A DNA stretch of 64,000 nucleotides from a virus (Duplodnaviria; Caudoviricetes): IMG/VR virus record IMGVR_UViG_3300034095_001474, positions 32,001-96,000 of that record. The stretch is one strand, 5' to 3'. Position numbers and translations under genes: made by a program. Below are positions 9,948 through 17,988 of this stretch, in pieces; position 1 is the first letter of the stretch; each line of letters begins with the position of its first letter. Below the pieces are notes generated by a model. That model had not been told where the DNA came from, made no database searches, and saw only the letters and a list, made by a program, of their open reading frames with translations.

Positions 9948-10382
9948 TTAATTTCTTCTTCTCCTTTCAAAAAAACCTTGGTCGGGGTCACCTAAACTAC
10001 AAGTTTCTAAATCTTCATACGTACCTTTGAATGATACCGATACCAATTTCAAAGGATATTTAAGTTTTAGTATGTCTTCATCATAACAACCAATATCAAT
10101 TCCTTTACCTCTATTGCTATCAGTATGTTCATCAATTTCTTTCATAAGAGGAAATTCACCATTGTATTTTACATCTGCTTTGTTCCAAAATGCTAAAATT
10201 TCGTGCATATCGTATTTAGGTTCACCATTTTCGTTTGTACCTAAATAACCATAATCTTGGTAGTAATCTTTGATAAACCCACCACCAAATTCTTTTGGTA
10301 TTAAAAATTTAAAAGGTCTATCATAAGCAACATTTTCAGTGCTTGTTAATTTGTCTGCTTTGTTCCAACTAAAACTTCCCAT
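9948..10382 (-). CDS. hypothetical protein
   Basis: 144-aa ORF, own promoter. Confidence 0.8.
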   Translation of the reverse strand: MGSFSWNKADKLTSTENVAYDRPFKFLIPKEFGGGFIKDYYQDYGYLGTNENGEPKYDMHEILAFWNKADVKYNGEFPLMKEIDEHTDSNRGKGIDIGCYDEDILKLKYPLKLVSVSFKGTYEDLETCSLGDPDQGFFERRRRN

Positions 10383-10471
10383 AATCTTTATATTTAATTT
10401 GTTTGTTTAACAAAGATAAGCATAATCTTTTGATTATGCAAATCTTTTTTGATTTATTTTTAAATTATTTT

Positions 10472-10702
10472 TTACAAATGTCCACCGTCATTATTGGTGG
10501 GGTCTTGATACTCATAGATAGTATCATCATCAAACAAAGTAGCCTCGGATAATTCGTCCTCCAACAAATCATTTATTACATCATCGTTTGTTAAAAATGT
10601 TTGTAATTCCTCATCAACAAGGTTCTCATCAACTTCAACTTCAATAGTTGCTTGTTTTGAGTAATGTCTTTCGATTGTAACCGATACGATTTTTGTTCCC
10701 AT
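10472..10702 (-). CDS. hypothetical protein
   Basis: ORF, own promoter. Confidence 0.7.
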   Translation of the reverse strand: MGTKIVSVTIERHYSKQATIEVEVDENLVDEELQTFLTNDDVINDLLEDELSEATLFDDDTIYEYQDPTNNDGGHL

Positions 10703-10746
10703 AATTTCTAGTTTTTATTTGTTTATGTAAAGATAAGTATAATATT

Positions 10747-10956
10747 TCAATCCTCCAAATAAATTTTAACTTTATTTGTTTTTTTTAATGTAAATTTATA
10801 CTTGGATAATGTTAAACCTTGATACATCATTAATCTTTTTACTCGCACCATTGCTTCGTCCCTATCTTTGCAATTCTCAATTAGTGTACTATCAATAAAA
10901 CTCTTTCCTTGGTAGATAGTATTTTTGTCATATAGACATAATTCGTAATTTTTCAT
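10747..10956 (-). CDS. hypothetical protein
   Basis: ORF, own promoter. Confidence 0.7.
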   Translation of the reverse strand: MKNYELCLYDKNTIYQGKSFIDSTLIENCKDRDEAMVRVKRLMMYQGLTLSKYKFTLKKTNKVKIYLED

Positions 10957-11040
10957 AAGTTCTATTTATTTGTCTATAACAAAGATAAGTAAAATAAACC
11001 ATACTACCAAATATAATATGGTTTATTTTTAAATTATTTT

Positions 11041-11565
11041 TTAACCTTGAAAATATTTTTTCAATACCAACTGCCTATGCATCTGTTCGTCCATTCCAAC
11101 TTGTTCCAATATATACTGCATCGTTTCTCCATCAACATCAATAACTTTCAACTTTGCAATAATATCTTTTACAAATTCGTGTGTCTGTGGTGTTTTACAT
11201 AAATCTGTTGGTGGTTCTTCTTCTTCTTCTTTGGGTTCTTCAAACAAGTCATACCAATTATTATCAATACATTCAGTATCTTTTAAATCCAATGCAATAT
11301 CAACATCGTGAACACTTCTCTCTAATGTTTCAAATTCTCCATAATTAATAAATTCTTCTAATTTACCCTCATCTTGAAATGAATTTGCTAACTTCAATAT
11401 AAGTACCTCATTGTCATTGTTACTGCGAATAGCACATTCCATACGTTTTTCAACTTCTGTAATCTTATCATCCAAAGATTTCAATGCAACCCCAACTTCA
11501 TCATCTTTTTGATATAAGTCGTAACGATTCATTAATTCTACCAAATTGTTAAATTCCTTTCTCAT
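11041..11565 (-). CDS. hypothetical protein
   Basis: ORF; start at MRKEFN. Confidence 0.75.
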   Translation of the reverse strand: MRKEFNNLVELMNRYDLYQKDDEVGVALKSLDDKITEVEKRMECAIRSNNDNEVLILKLANSFQDEGKLEEFINYGEFETLERSVHDVDIALDLKDTECIDNNWYDLFEEPKEEEEEPPTDLCKTPQTHEFVKDIIAKLKVIDVDGETMQYILEQVGMDEQMHRQLVLKKYFQG

Positions 11566-11648
11566 AATGTTTGTTTTAAATTGTTTTAACAAAGATAAGT
11601 ATAATGTTTTAATCTACCAAATTTTTAACCAACTTTTTTCAATTATTT

Positions 11649-11879
11649 TTAATCGTTGATATGTTCCCAACCTTCCAATTGTTCCAATTCCATATTAATA
11701 GGTCTTAAACCAAATGGTTCTGCTTGTAAATAATAATCAAAAATGTAACCCAATGGTTCAATCTCACTCAATATTCTATCTAACTCATAATAACTATTAT
11801 CAGCATCCTCATCAAAGGTTTCTAATATTGCTTGTACTTCACTTGGTATCAACTCTGGCGTTTCAAATAAATCTTTCAT
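11649..11879 (-). CDS. hypothetical protein
   Basis: ORF; start at MKDLFE. Confidence 0.75.
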   Translation of the reverse strand: MKDLFETPELIPSEVQAILETFDEDADNSYYELDRILSEIEPLGYIFDYYLQAEPFGLRPINMELEQLEGWEHIND

Positions 11880-12011
11880 AATGTTTGTTTTAAATTGTTT
11901 TAACAAAGATAAGTATAATATTCCAATCCACCAAATTTTTAATGAAAATAAATAATAAATTATTTTACATAAAAATTAGGATATGTCATTTATTATTCTT
12001 ACCTTTGTTTT

Positions 12012-12087
12012 GTTGGTGGTAGTAACCGAAACGGGTCGAGGGAAATCTTTGAGAGAGTAGACTCCAACCTACCTTATATTTTTTTTT
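12012..12087 (+). ncRNA. unannotated small RNA family, copy 3
   Basis: plus-strand TACCTTTG promoter; ACGGGTC, GAAA-capped hairpin, GAGAGAGTAGACTCCAACCTAC, T9. Confidence 0.7.
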
Positions 12088-12150
12088 ACCATATAGCAAA
12101 AAATTTGCAAAGGTACGAAATTAAATCGACCCTTGCAAATAAAGTTATGA

Positions 12151-12180
12151 ACAAAGGGACTGTTGATAAGTCCCCTTGTA
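12151..12180 (-). terminator. putative terminator downstream of DUF932 gene
   Basis: GGGACT-N7-AGTCCC stem. Confidence 0.45.
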
Positions 12181-12186
12181 ACTTTG

Positions 12187-13074
12187 TTAGTAATTCAATG
12201 CAAATTCTAAACTTGCTTGGTTCATATTGTAACCCGTTCCTTGTAACAAAGTTTCAATTTTACCATTGTCACGTTTTGGTGCTGACAATTCGTGTGTAGT
12301 GTAATATGTAATCCCACTATGTAAACCCCACAAAGTATCACCTTTGCTATTCATTTCACGTTCAATTGCGTTATACAAAGCATCCATTTTGTTTATGCTA
12401 CGTGTAGACTTATCTGCTAAATCATTTACACTAGTATAAACCTTGTCAAACCCAATAATGTGTTTAACCATTTTGTGAGCCAAATCACGTGAAATTTTTG
12501 TACTTGCAAATTGATTGTAAATTTCAATCTGTCTTAAACTTTCTGACAATGCAGTTTCAATCAAAAATGGAATTTCTTTTATTCTACGTTCCAAACTTGC
12601 AGTATGTCTAAATTTAGATTGTCCACTTTTATAGAACTTGAAAAATTGATTAGAACAACTCATAGTCAAATCACCAATACCAACAGACAATCCCGTACTT
12701 CCGTCATTGCTATCAATGATTGTAATGTACTTTTTGATAGTGTCATTACCTACCTTGCCGTCACCATTGATAGCCAATTGTAAAAATACTCTACGACCAC
12801 CATTCAATGCACCACCTTTGGTAACTTGAACATCATTTCCAAATGGTTCAATACCTCTCAATACCAAATCAACAACTTCCTCATTTTGGGAAACTGTGTA
12901 CCCTTCTTTTACAGTATTAATCACTTCATTTGTGCTTGAATTAATCAAACCAAAATACTCACTTGGTACATAGATACCATTAGAATTTAAAGCCATTAAA
13001 GGTGCTTTCTCGATTGTAAAATCTAAACCATTAGATTTTAAAATTTCTTGTAACTTTGTGTTTTGCATACTCAT
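12187..13074 (-). CDS. DUF932 (phage/plasmid-like) domain protein
   Basis: Y.VSQNEE, GGALNGGRRVF, DSNDGSTG, CSNQF, RHT, TLWGL.SG.T motifs. Confidence 0.8.
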   Translation of the reverse strand: MSMQNTKLQEILKSNGLDFTIEKAPLMALNSNGIYVPSEYFGLINSSTNEVINTVKEGYTVSQNEEVVDLVLRGIEPFGNDVQVTKGGALNGGRRVFLQLAINGDGKVGNDTIKKYITIIDSNDGSTGLSVGIGDLTMSCSNQFFKFYKSGQSKFRHTASLERRIKEIPFLIETALSESLRQIEIYNQFASTKISRDLAHKMVKHIIGFDKVYTSVNDLADKSTRSINKMDALYNAIEREMNSKGDTLWGLHSGITYYTTHELSAPKRDNGKIETLLQGTGYNMNQASLEFALNY

Positions 13075-13242
13075 AATATATATGTTTTTTTGTTCCCTAC
13101 AAAGATACATATTCTTTTTTAATCTGCAATGAAAAAAATCATTTATTTTCATTCAAGTTATTAACAATTTTATTTTTACAATTGTTAATAACTTTGACCT
13201 AAAAAATTTGGTGCATTGAAATAAAATGCTTATCTTTGTAGT

Positions 13243-13313
13243 GTAGGTACGAGAGTGATACGGGTCGCTGACAAAGTGAGAGAGTAGACTCCAACCTACC
13301 TTATATTTTTTTT
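13243..13313 (+). ncRNA. unannotated small RNA family, copy 4
   Basis: plus-strand TTTG-N20-TATCTTTG promoter; same conserved core; T8. Confidence 0.7.
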
Positions 13314-13382
13314 ATATAAAAAAAAAAGAAAATAAAATTTCCTACCAAATTAATGGTAGGAAATAAAGTTATTAACAAGTTA

Positions 13383-13742
13383 TTAACATTCTGCTTCAAA
13401 ACTGCATTCACCATTTTCGATGATACAATCTCTAATTTGTTTACCCAATCCCAAATCGGCATACTCTCTCAATTCGTCTTGTGTAATATTAGCATCTGCT
13501 AACATTGTGTCATTGTAACCATTGTTAGTTTCAAAAAAATCATCGATGATTTTTACCTTGTCACCTAAACTTTCCTCAATACGTGCAATTTCTTGTTCCA
13601 CACCCTCAAGGTCTTCATCACCAAAGTAATAGTTCAATGTTTCGGGTTGAGTACCTTGCACCCCAAATCTATCAGCACAATCACTGCTTTGTAGTGCAAA
13701 CCAAAATTTTCCTTCAATATCACCACTAAAATAACGTCCCAT
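13383..13742 (-). CDS. hypothetical protein
   Basis: 119-aa ORF, own promoter. Confidence 0.8.
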   Translation of the reverse strand: MGRYFSGDIEGKFWFALQSSDCADRFGVQGTQPETLNYYFGDEDLEGVEQEIARIEESLGDKVKIIDDFFETNNGYNDTMLADANITQDELREYADLGLGKQIRDCIIENGECSFEAEC

Positions 13743-13851
13743 AATTTTTAAATTTTAAATTGTTTGTATTAATTAACTTTAACAAAGATAAGTATAATAT
13801 TCTAATCTACCAAATTTTTCTCCAGGTTTTTTTAATTTATTTTTTTAGTAA

Positions 13852-13891
13852 TGTTTCACGTGAAACATTTTGTATTGTTCCACGTGAAACA
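13852..13891. promoter_or_regulatory. two tandem parS sites
   Basis: TGTTTCACGTGAAACA (13852-13867) and TGTTCCACGTGAAACA (13876-13891) match the bacterial ParB parS consensus. Confidence 0.85.
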
Positions 13892-13898
13892 TTTTATA

Positions 13899-14615
13899 TT
13901 AGTGTAGTATAATTTCTATACTTTTATCTGTTTTGGTTCCTAAAGTACCACTACATAAACCACATTTAGAACAAGTTGCTTTGTACCCACTTTCTTTTGA
14001 AGCGGGACAACTAACAAAATCTAATTTTTTATCAGTAGCAACAAAACTACGATAACCTTGTAATTTCGCAATTTTTTCTTCTTCTATAGTGTGAGTACTT
14101 GACATAAAATATTCACCTAAATTTTCTTTGTTCCATTGGTGGGTGTAGCCAGTCCAATTGTCGCAAACATTCACCATTGATTTAATCATTTCTATGGGGT
14201 GTAAACTAGGTTCACCATACGAGCCAAAACGTACATAAGTATCTTTTGACATTTTGATTAAATCAATTAACATTGATTTATCAAAGTTAGGTATATTTTC
14301 TATACTACCAAACTTTTTTGCTATAGAACGTAATGATGATGTAAAACCACAATATTGATTAAATTTGTGAGTATAACACTTTCCAAACGAATTGAAAGGA
14401 CAATCCAAACAATTTGTATCAGCAACACTAAAAAAGTTCGCCATACCTATTGATAAACCACTTTCAAGGCTATCTAAAACCAATTGGTATTGTTTTTCAC
14501 TATAGGTGTACGTTTGTACAATTTTACGTTTTTTGTTCCCCTCAATTTTATCATTTGAAGTTGTTCCCAATGTAACCACGTGTAGGGCATTTCTGTGTCT
14601 AAATACTACTTTCAT
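13899..14615 (-). CDS. Cys-rich phage protein (Gp88-like)
   Basis: CLDCPF..CY, VRFGSYGEP, WTGYTHQW, CPAS..TCSKCGLC. Confidence 0.55.
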   Translation of the reverse strand: MKVVFRHRNALHVVTLGTTSNDKIEGNKKRKIVQTYTYSEKQYQLVLDSLESGLSIGMANFFSVADTNCLDCPFNSFGKCYTHKFNQYCGFTSSLRSIAKKFGSIENIPNFDKSMLIDLIKMSKDTYVRFGSYGEPSLHPIEMIKSMVNVCDNWTGYTHQWNKENLGEYFMSSTHTIEEEKIAKLQGYRSFVATDKKLDFVSCPASKESGYKATCSKCGLCSGTLGTKTDKSIEIILH

Positions 14616-14833
14616 AATTTGCTTGTTTTAAATTGTTTTGACAAAGATAAGTATAATGTTTTAATCTACCAAATTTTTTTGCAATTATTTTTAAATTATT
14701 TTTCATTGCTTAAATTCGATATGCAAATATAGTAATATTATTTTAATATACAACTATTATATAAGAAAAAAAATAAATAAAAATAATTGCAAAAAAATTA
14801 GGAATAACGAAATAAGTTTCTTATCTTTGTTAT

Positions 14834-14896
14834 GTAGATGCAAACAGCGATACGGGTCGGATAAAAAAAATCTGAGAGAGTAGACTCCAACCTACG
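14834..14896 (+). ncRNA. unannotated small RNA family, copy 5
   Basis: plus-strand promoter; ACGGGTC-GGA..TCTGA hairpin; GAGAGAGTAGACTCCAACCTAC; no T-run. Confidence 0.65.
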
Positions 14897-14906
14897 ATAA
14901 ATTCTC

Positions 14907-15066
14907 CTTATTTAGAATGAATATAAATAACGAAAAAATTTGGTATACTCGATTTAATTCACTACCTTTGTATTCTAATTAATTTTAATCTTATTTAGAA
15001 TGAATATAAATAACAAAAAAAGTGAAAATAAATTTGGTAGTTCGGAATTAATTCACTACCTTTGTA
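14907..15066 (+). repeat. tandem imperfect duplication carrying two plus-strand promoters
   Basis: 25-bp CTTATTTAGAATGAATATAAATAAC at 14907 and 14990, each followed by TTTGGTA..TTAATTCACTACCTTTGTA. Confidence 0.75.
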
Positions 15067-15219
15067 ATATGAATATTTTTAATCTTTAAATAGTATGCCT
15101 ATGTAATATGCCCTTTATGACATATCAAATTTTTACGCCCTTTCCTATGGAAGTGGGGGAAGTACTTATACCCGTACTTTTATAGTATGGGGCAAACTTG
15201 CGTTCATAAAATTATGGAA

Positions 15220-15235
15220 TGTTCCACGTGAAACA
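15220..15235. promoter_or_regulatory. parS site
   Basis: TGTTCCACGTGAAACA. Confidence 0.85.
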
Positions 15236-15512
15236 TTGTGTCCAAAAATTTGGGCTGAAAAATGCTCGTGTGTTTGCGTGAAGCATAAAGTATATGTATG
15301 TATTCTTATGGGATAAATCTATGGTATTTCTATATACCATATCTGTATAATTATGCCCTATCACGCCCTATTATTACTATTTACCATTTTATGGTACTAA
15401 TTATTTACACTTTATCCCACTTTTTACCACAAAACCCGTTTTTTAGCCCAAAAACGCAAAATAATAAAACTTTGCTAATATGGGTACAAAAAGGAAGTGG
15501 TTTGTAACTGCC

Positions 15513-15532
15513 ATGTACACAATTGTGTACAT
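15513..15532. repeat. 20-bp perfect palindrome (identical copy at 15978; variant at 34357)
   Basis: ATGTACACAATTGTGTACAT. Confidence 0.7.
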
Positions 15533-15652
15533 TTCGGAAAGGGTGTTTTATGCAATAATGTTCATTAGTTATCTGGTGTTCATCTGGTGGTATATTGTGG
15601 TAACACACTGCGTGTGTTTACTAGATTTGTTATATTCTATATTATAGTTTCT

Positions 15653-15904
15653 CTATTGTATGGTATTGTCATTGTCTTGTTTATTATCGAAGTATTTGTG
15701 TCCATTTTCTCTTAGGAGGATATGTCCAAGTGCTGCTGCGTATTCGTCTTTTGTTATAAAGTCGGATATGATTACATTGTTATCATTAATTCTTGTTTTG
15801 GTATATGTACCATTGTGTAGTTCTGCGTACATGGTAGGATATTTCATATTTCCAAACATTACTTTAAATTTTCTTTTTATATAGTTGTTTATGTTATGGC
15901 TCAT
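15653..15904 (-). CDS. hypothetical protein
   Basis: ORF coupled to upstream gene. Confidence 0.65.
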   Translation of the reverse strand: MSHNINNYIKRKFKVMFGNMKYPTMYAELHNGTYTKTRINDNNVIISDFITKDEYAAALGHILLRENGHKYFDNKQDNDNTIQ

Positions 15905-16275
15905 ATAAGATTATAATTTATTAGTATTTGTTTTTTTATAAATTCCTTTATGTATTGTATTGCATTGTTGTTGTTGTATGTACACAATTGTGTACATGTA
16001 TCGTTGTCTATTGTATATGTTTTAGCTTTATAATAGTTAATTTCTTCTTGTGTTAATTTACGTAAGATATTTTCTTGTTTATGTAAAGATAAGTATAGTT
16101 CATATTTATCTTTTACATCATAGAAATATTTTACTTCACAATCAATATTGTTCTTATATATTATTCTATTGTTATTATCATAGTGAATTTCTTCTATAAG
16201 GATATTATCTACATAATCTTTTGTTATGTGTATATTGTATGTATCTTCGTATAGGATTGTTTCTTGTTTAATCAT
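15901..16275 (-). CDS. hypothetical protein with YD-like repeat
   Basis: HYDNNNRIIY motif; resembles 23615-23965. Confidence 0.65.
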   Translation of the reverse strand: MIKQETILYEDTYNIHITKDYVDNILIEEIHYDNNNRIIYKNNIDCEVKYFYDVKDKYELYLSLHKQENILRKLTQEEINYYKAKTYTIDNDTCTQLCTYNNNNAIQYIKEFIKKQILINYNLI

Positions 16276-16324
16276 TATGTTTACGTTGAATGGGGTTTAT
16301 GTAGTTGTGTTTGTATAATGTGGG

Positions 16325-16561
16325 TTATCTGGGTGTTATTGTATATTCACCACACATTATTATTTCATCATTATTTTCATCATATGCTTTAATACAATTC
16401 TCGTTTATCTTTTTATATGATATTACACTATAAGAATTTCCGTTAGAGTTAATGATTGTATATTTACAATTTTCATATTGTTTTGTGTGTATGTATACAA
16501 CTGTAAAACACACTGCGAATATGCTTATGTATATAAGCATAAATGTTAAAAATCTTTTCAT
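16325..16561 (-). CDS. membrane-anchored hypothetical protein
   Basis: N-terminal TM. Confidence 0.65.
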   Translation of the reverse strand: MKRFLTFMLIYISIFAVCFTVVYIHTKQYENCKYTIINSNGNSYSVISYKKINENCIKAYDENNDEIIMCGEYTITPR

Positions 16562-16582
16562 CTTGTTTTATTTAAAGGTTAA

Positions 16583-16780
16583 TTATTCTTCTTCAATATC
16601 TTCAATGTTTACAATTATTGTTTTATCAATTGGATAGCAAGCCACGAGTGTTTTTTCATCAAAGAAAGAATAGAATCCACTGCTTGTGCTATTGTTTGTT
16701 GTTGTATGGAAATTTTTAGCATATATGCTAACTTCATGGACATATGTATATGTCAATACCATTAAATTATATTTTTTCAT
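16583..16780 (-). CDS. hypothetical protein
   Basis: ORF in operon. Confidence 0.65.
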   Translation of the reverse strand: MKKYNLMVLTYTYVHEVSIYAKNFHTTTNNSTSSGFYSFFDEKTLVACYPIDKTIIVNIEDIEEE

Positions 16781-16781
16781 A

Positions 16782-17543
16782 CTATTTCTTTTTATGGAAT
16801 TGATTAAACCATTGTTCTAGGTCTACTTTAACTAATGCTGATTGTAATGCTTCTGAAATTATAAACTTAACTTCTTCTTCACTATATAATTTGTTGTCTT
16901 GTCCTTGTTGCCATTCAGCACCTTTGATAAATGAATGTCTATCTGATGGAATACAATTTATATAATGTATTTCAGCTGCTGCTTGTAATTCCACTTGTTT
17001 CTCTATTTTAGGGTCACCATGTTTGTCTAACCAATTGGTAATCATTTTTCCTTCTTCTTCTTCTTCTTCTGGAATGTTTTTATTAGCCAAAGGCATTACA
17101 ACCATGCTCATATCACGTTTGAACCTTTCTTCTAGGTTATCTAATGGTTTAGGTTCTGACTCATCACACATTCTTTCTTTACATTCTGTATAACCACGTT
17201 TAAAAGCAATTCTTTCCATTAATTCCCATTTTTCATCTGGATAAAAATCTATCGCTAATTCTTCTAATGTTTCTTGTTTATGTTCTTCTTGTTTTTTATC
17301 AGCAATTTCCTTTTTAAGGTCCATTATAAGTTTACTACCATAGCTAATTAATATAAGGTCATTAGAAAAATAACTACTAACTCTTTCTTCTTCACCATAA
17401 GGTTTAAAATAGAGTTGACCATCTTCTTTTCTATATACTTTATGTATTCCACTGTCTTGAACGTCAACATAATAACCATTTTGTATAACTCTATCAATCT
17501 TATCACGACATATAACTTGTTTAGGTTCTTCTTCTGGTTTCAT
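16782..17543 (-). CDS. hypothetical mosaic protein
   Basis: 253-aa ORF with phage motifs AF..G..WQ and LYSEEEV. Confidence 0.75.
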   Translation of the reverse strand: MKPEEEPKQVICRDKIDRVIQNGYYVDVQDSGIHKVYRKEDGQLYFKPYGEEERVSSYFSNDLILISYGSKLIMDLKKEIADKKQEEHKQETLEELAIDFYPDEKWELMERIAFKRGYTECKERMCDESEPKPLDNLEERFKRDMSMVVMPLANKNIPEEEEEEGKMITNWLDKHGDPKIEKQVELQAAAEIHYINCIPSDRHSFIKGAEWQQGQDNKLYSEEEVKFIISEALQSALVKVDLEQWFNQFHKKK

Positions 17544-17552
17544 AATATTTAA

Positions 17553-17726
17553 TTATTTAAGTTTTGACTTCTTTTCTTTATAATATTCAACTATATTTTT
17601 AATCATCCAACCAATACAAATTAATGCAATTGGAAACCCAAGGATTAAAAAGAATGTAAAAAACTCATCAGATGGAGTTGCTTTATGATTGTTTAATCTT
17701 TCTAATAGTTCGCTAAATTCTTTCAT
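17553..17726 (-). CDS. small membrane protein
   Basis: hand-translated 57 aa, one TM. Confidence 0.6.
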   Translation of the reverse strand: MKEFSELLERLNNHKATPSDEFFTFFLILGFPIALICIGWMIKNIVEYYKEKKSKLK

Positions 17727-17772
17727 AATTTATTATAATGTAAATGTACAAATATTATTTTGATAAAACAAA

Positions 17773-17988
17773 TTATTTCATAATCATTTGTGAATTATGT
17801 TTTCTCACACAAGATTCAAGTGTTGCACAAACATATTCATCGGTTAGATGACCTTGGCTATTGTATATTCCCATACAATATCCGTCATGGACATAATTAG
17901 GAATAATCACCATTTTGTTCTCAGCACCTATTTCGTTATTTAACTTATTCAATAGGTGTTCTAGTTGTATATAGTCTTCTGGAGTCAT
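17773..17988 (-). CDS. hypothetical protein
   Basis: start at MTPEDY. Confidence 0.65.
   Translation of the reverse strand: MTPEDYIQLEHLLNKLNNEIGAENKMVIIPNYVHDGYCMGIYNSQGHLTDEYVCATLESCVRKHNSQMIMK

Larger units (their letters stand above)
91..14675 (-). promoter_or_regulatory. array of about 30 Bacteroidota sigma-A type early promoters, one per gene
   Basis: minus-strand consensus ATTTGGTAGATTGAAATATTATACTTATCTTTGT = TTTG-N20-TAnnTTTG, e.g. 91-125, 1647-1680, 3386-3419; further copies occur to the end of the window. Confidence 0.9.

Noticed and set aside
4945-13152. ORF-track N-terminal extensions such as MLKQ.., MYTQ.., MKIND..
   Set aside because: They arise from TTG/GTG codons within the promoter repeat; the true starts are the downstream ATGs.
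91-14675. Regular ~35-bp repeats as a CRISPR array
   Set aside because: The intervening DNA is 200-900 bp of protein-coding sequence, and the repeats match the sigma-A promoter consensus.
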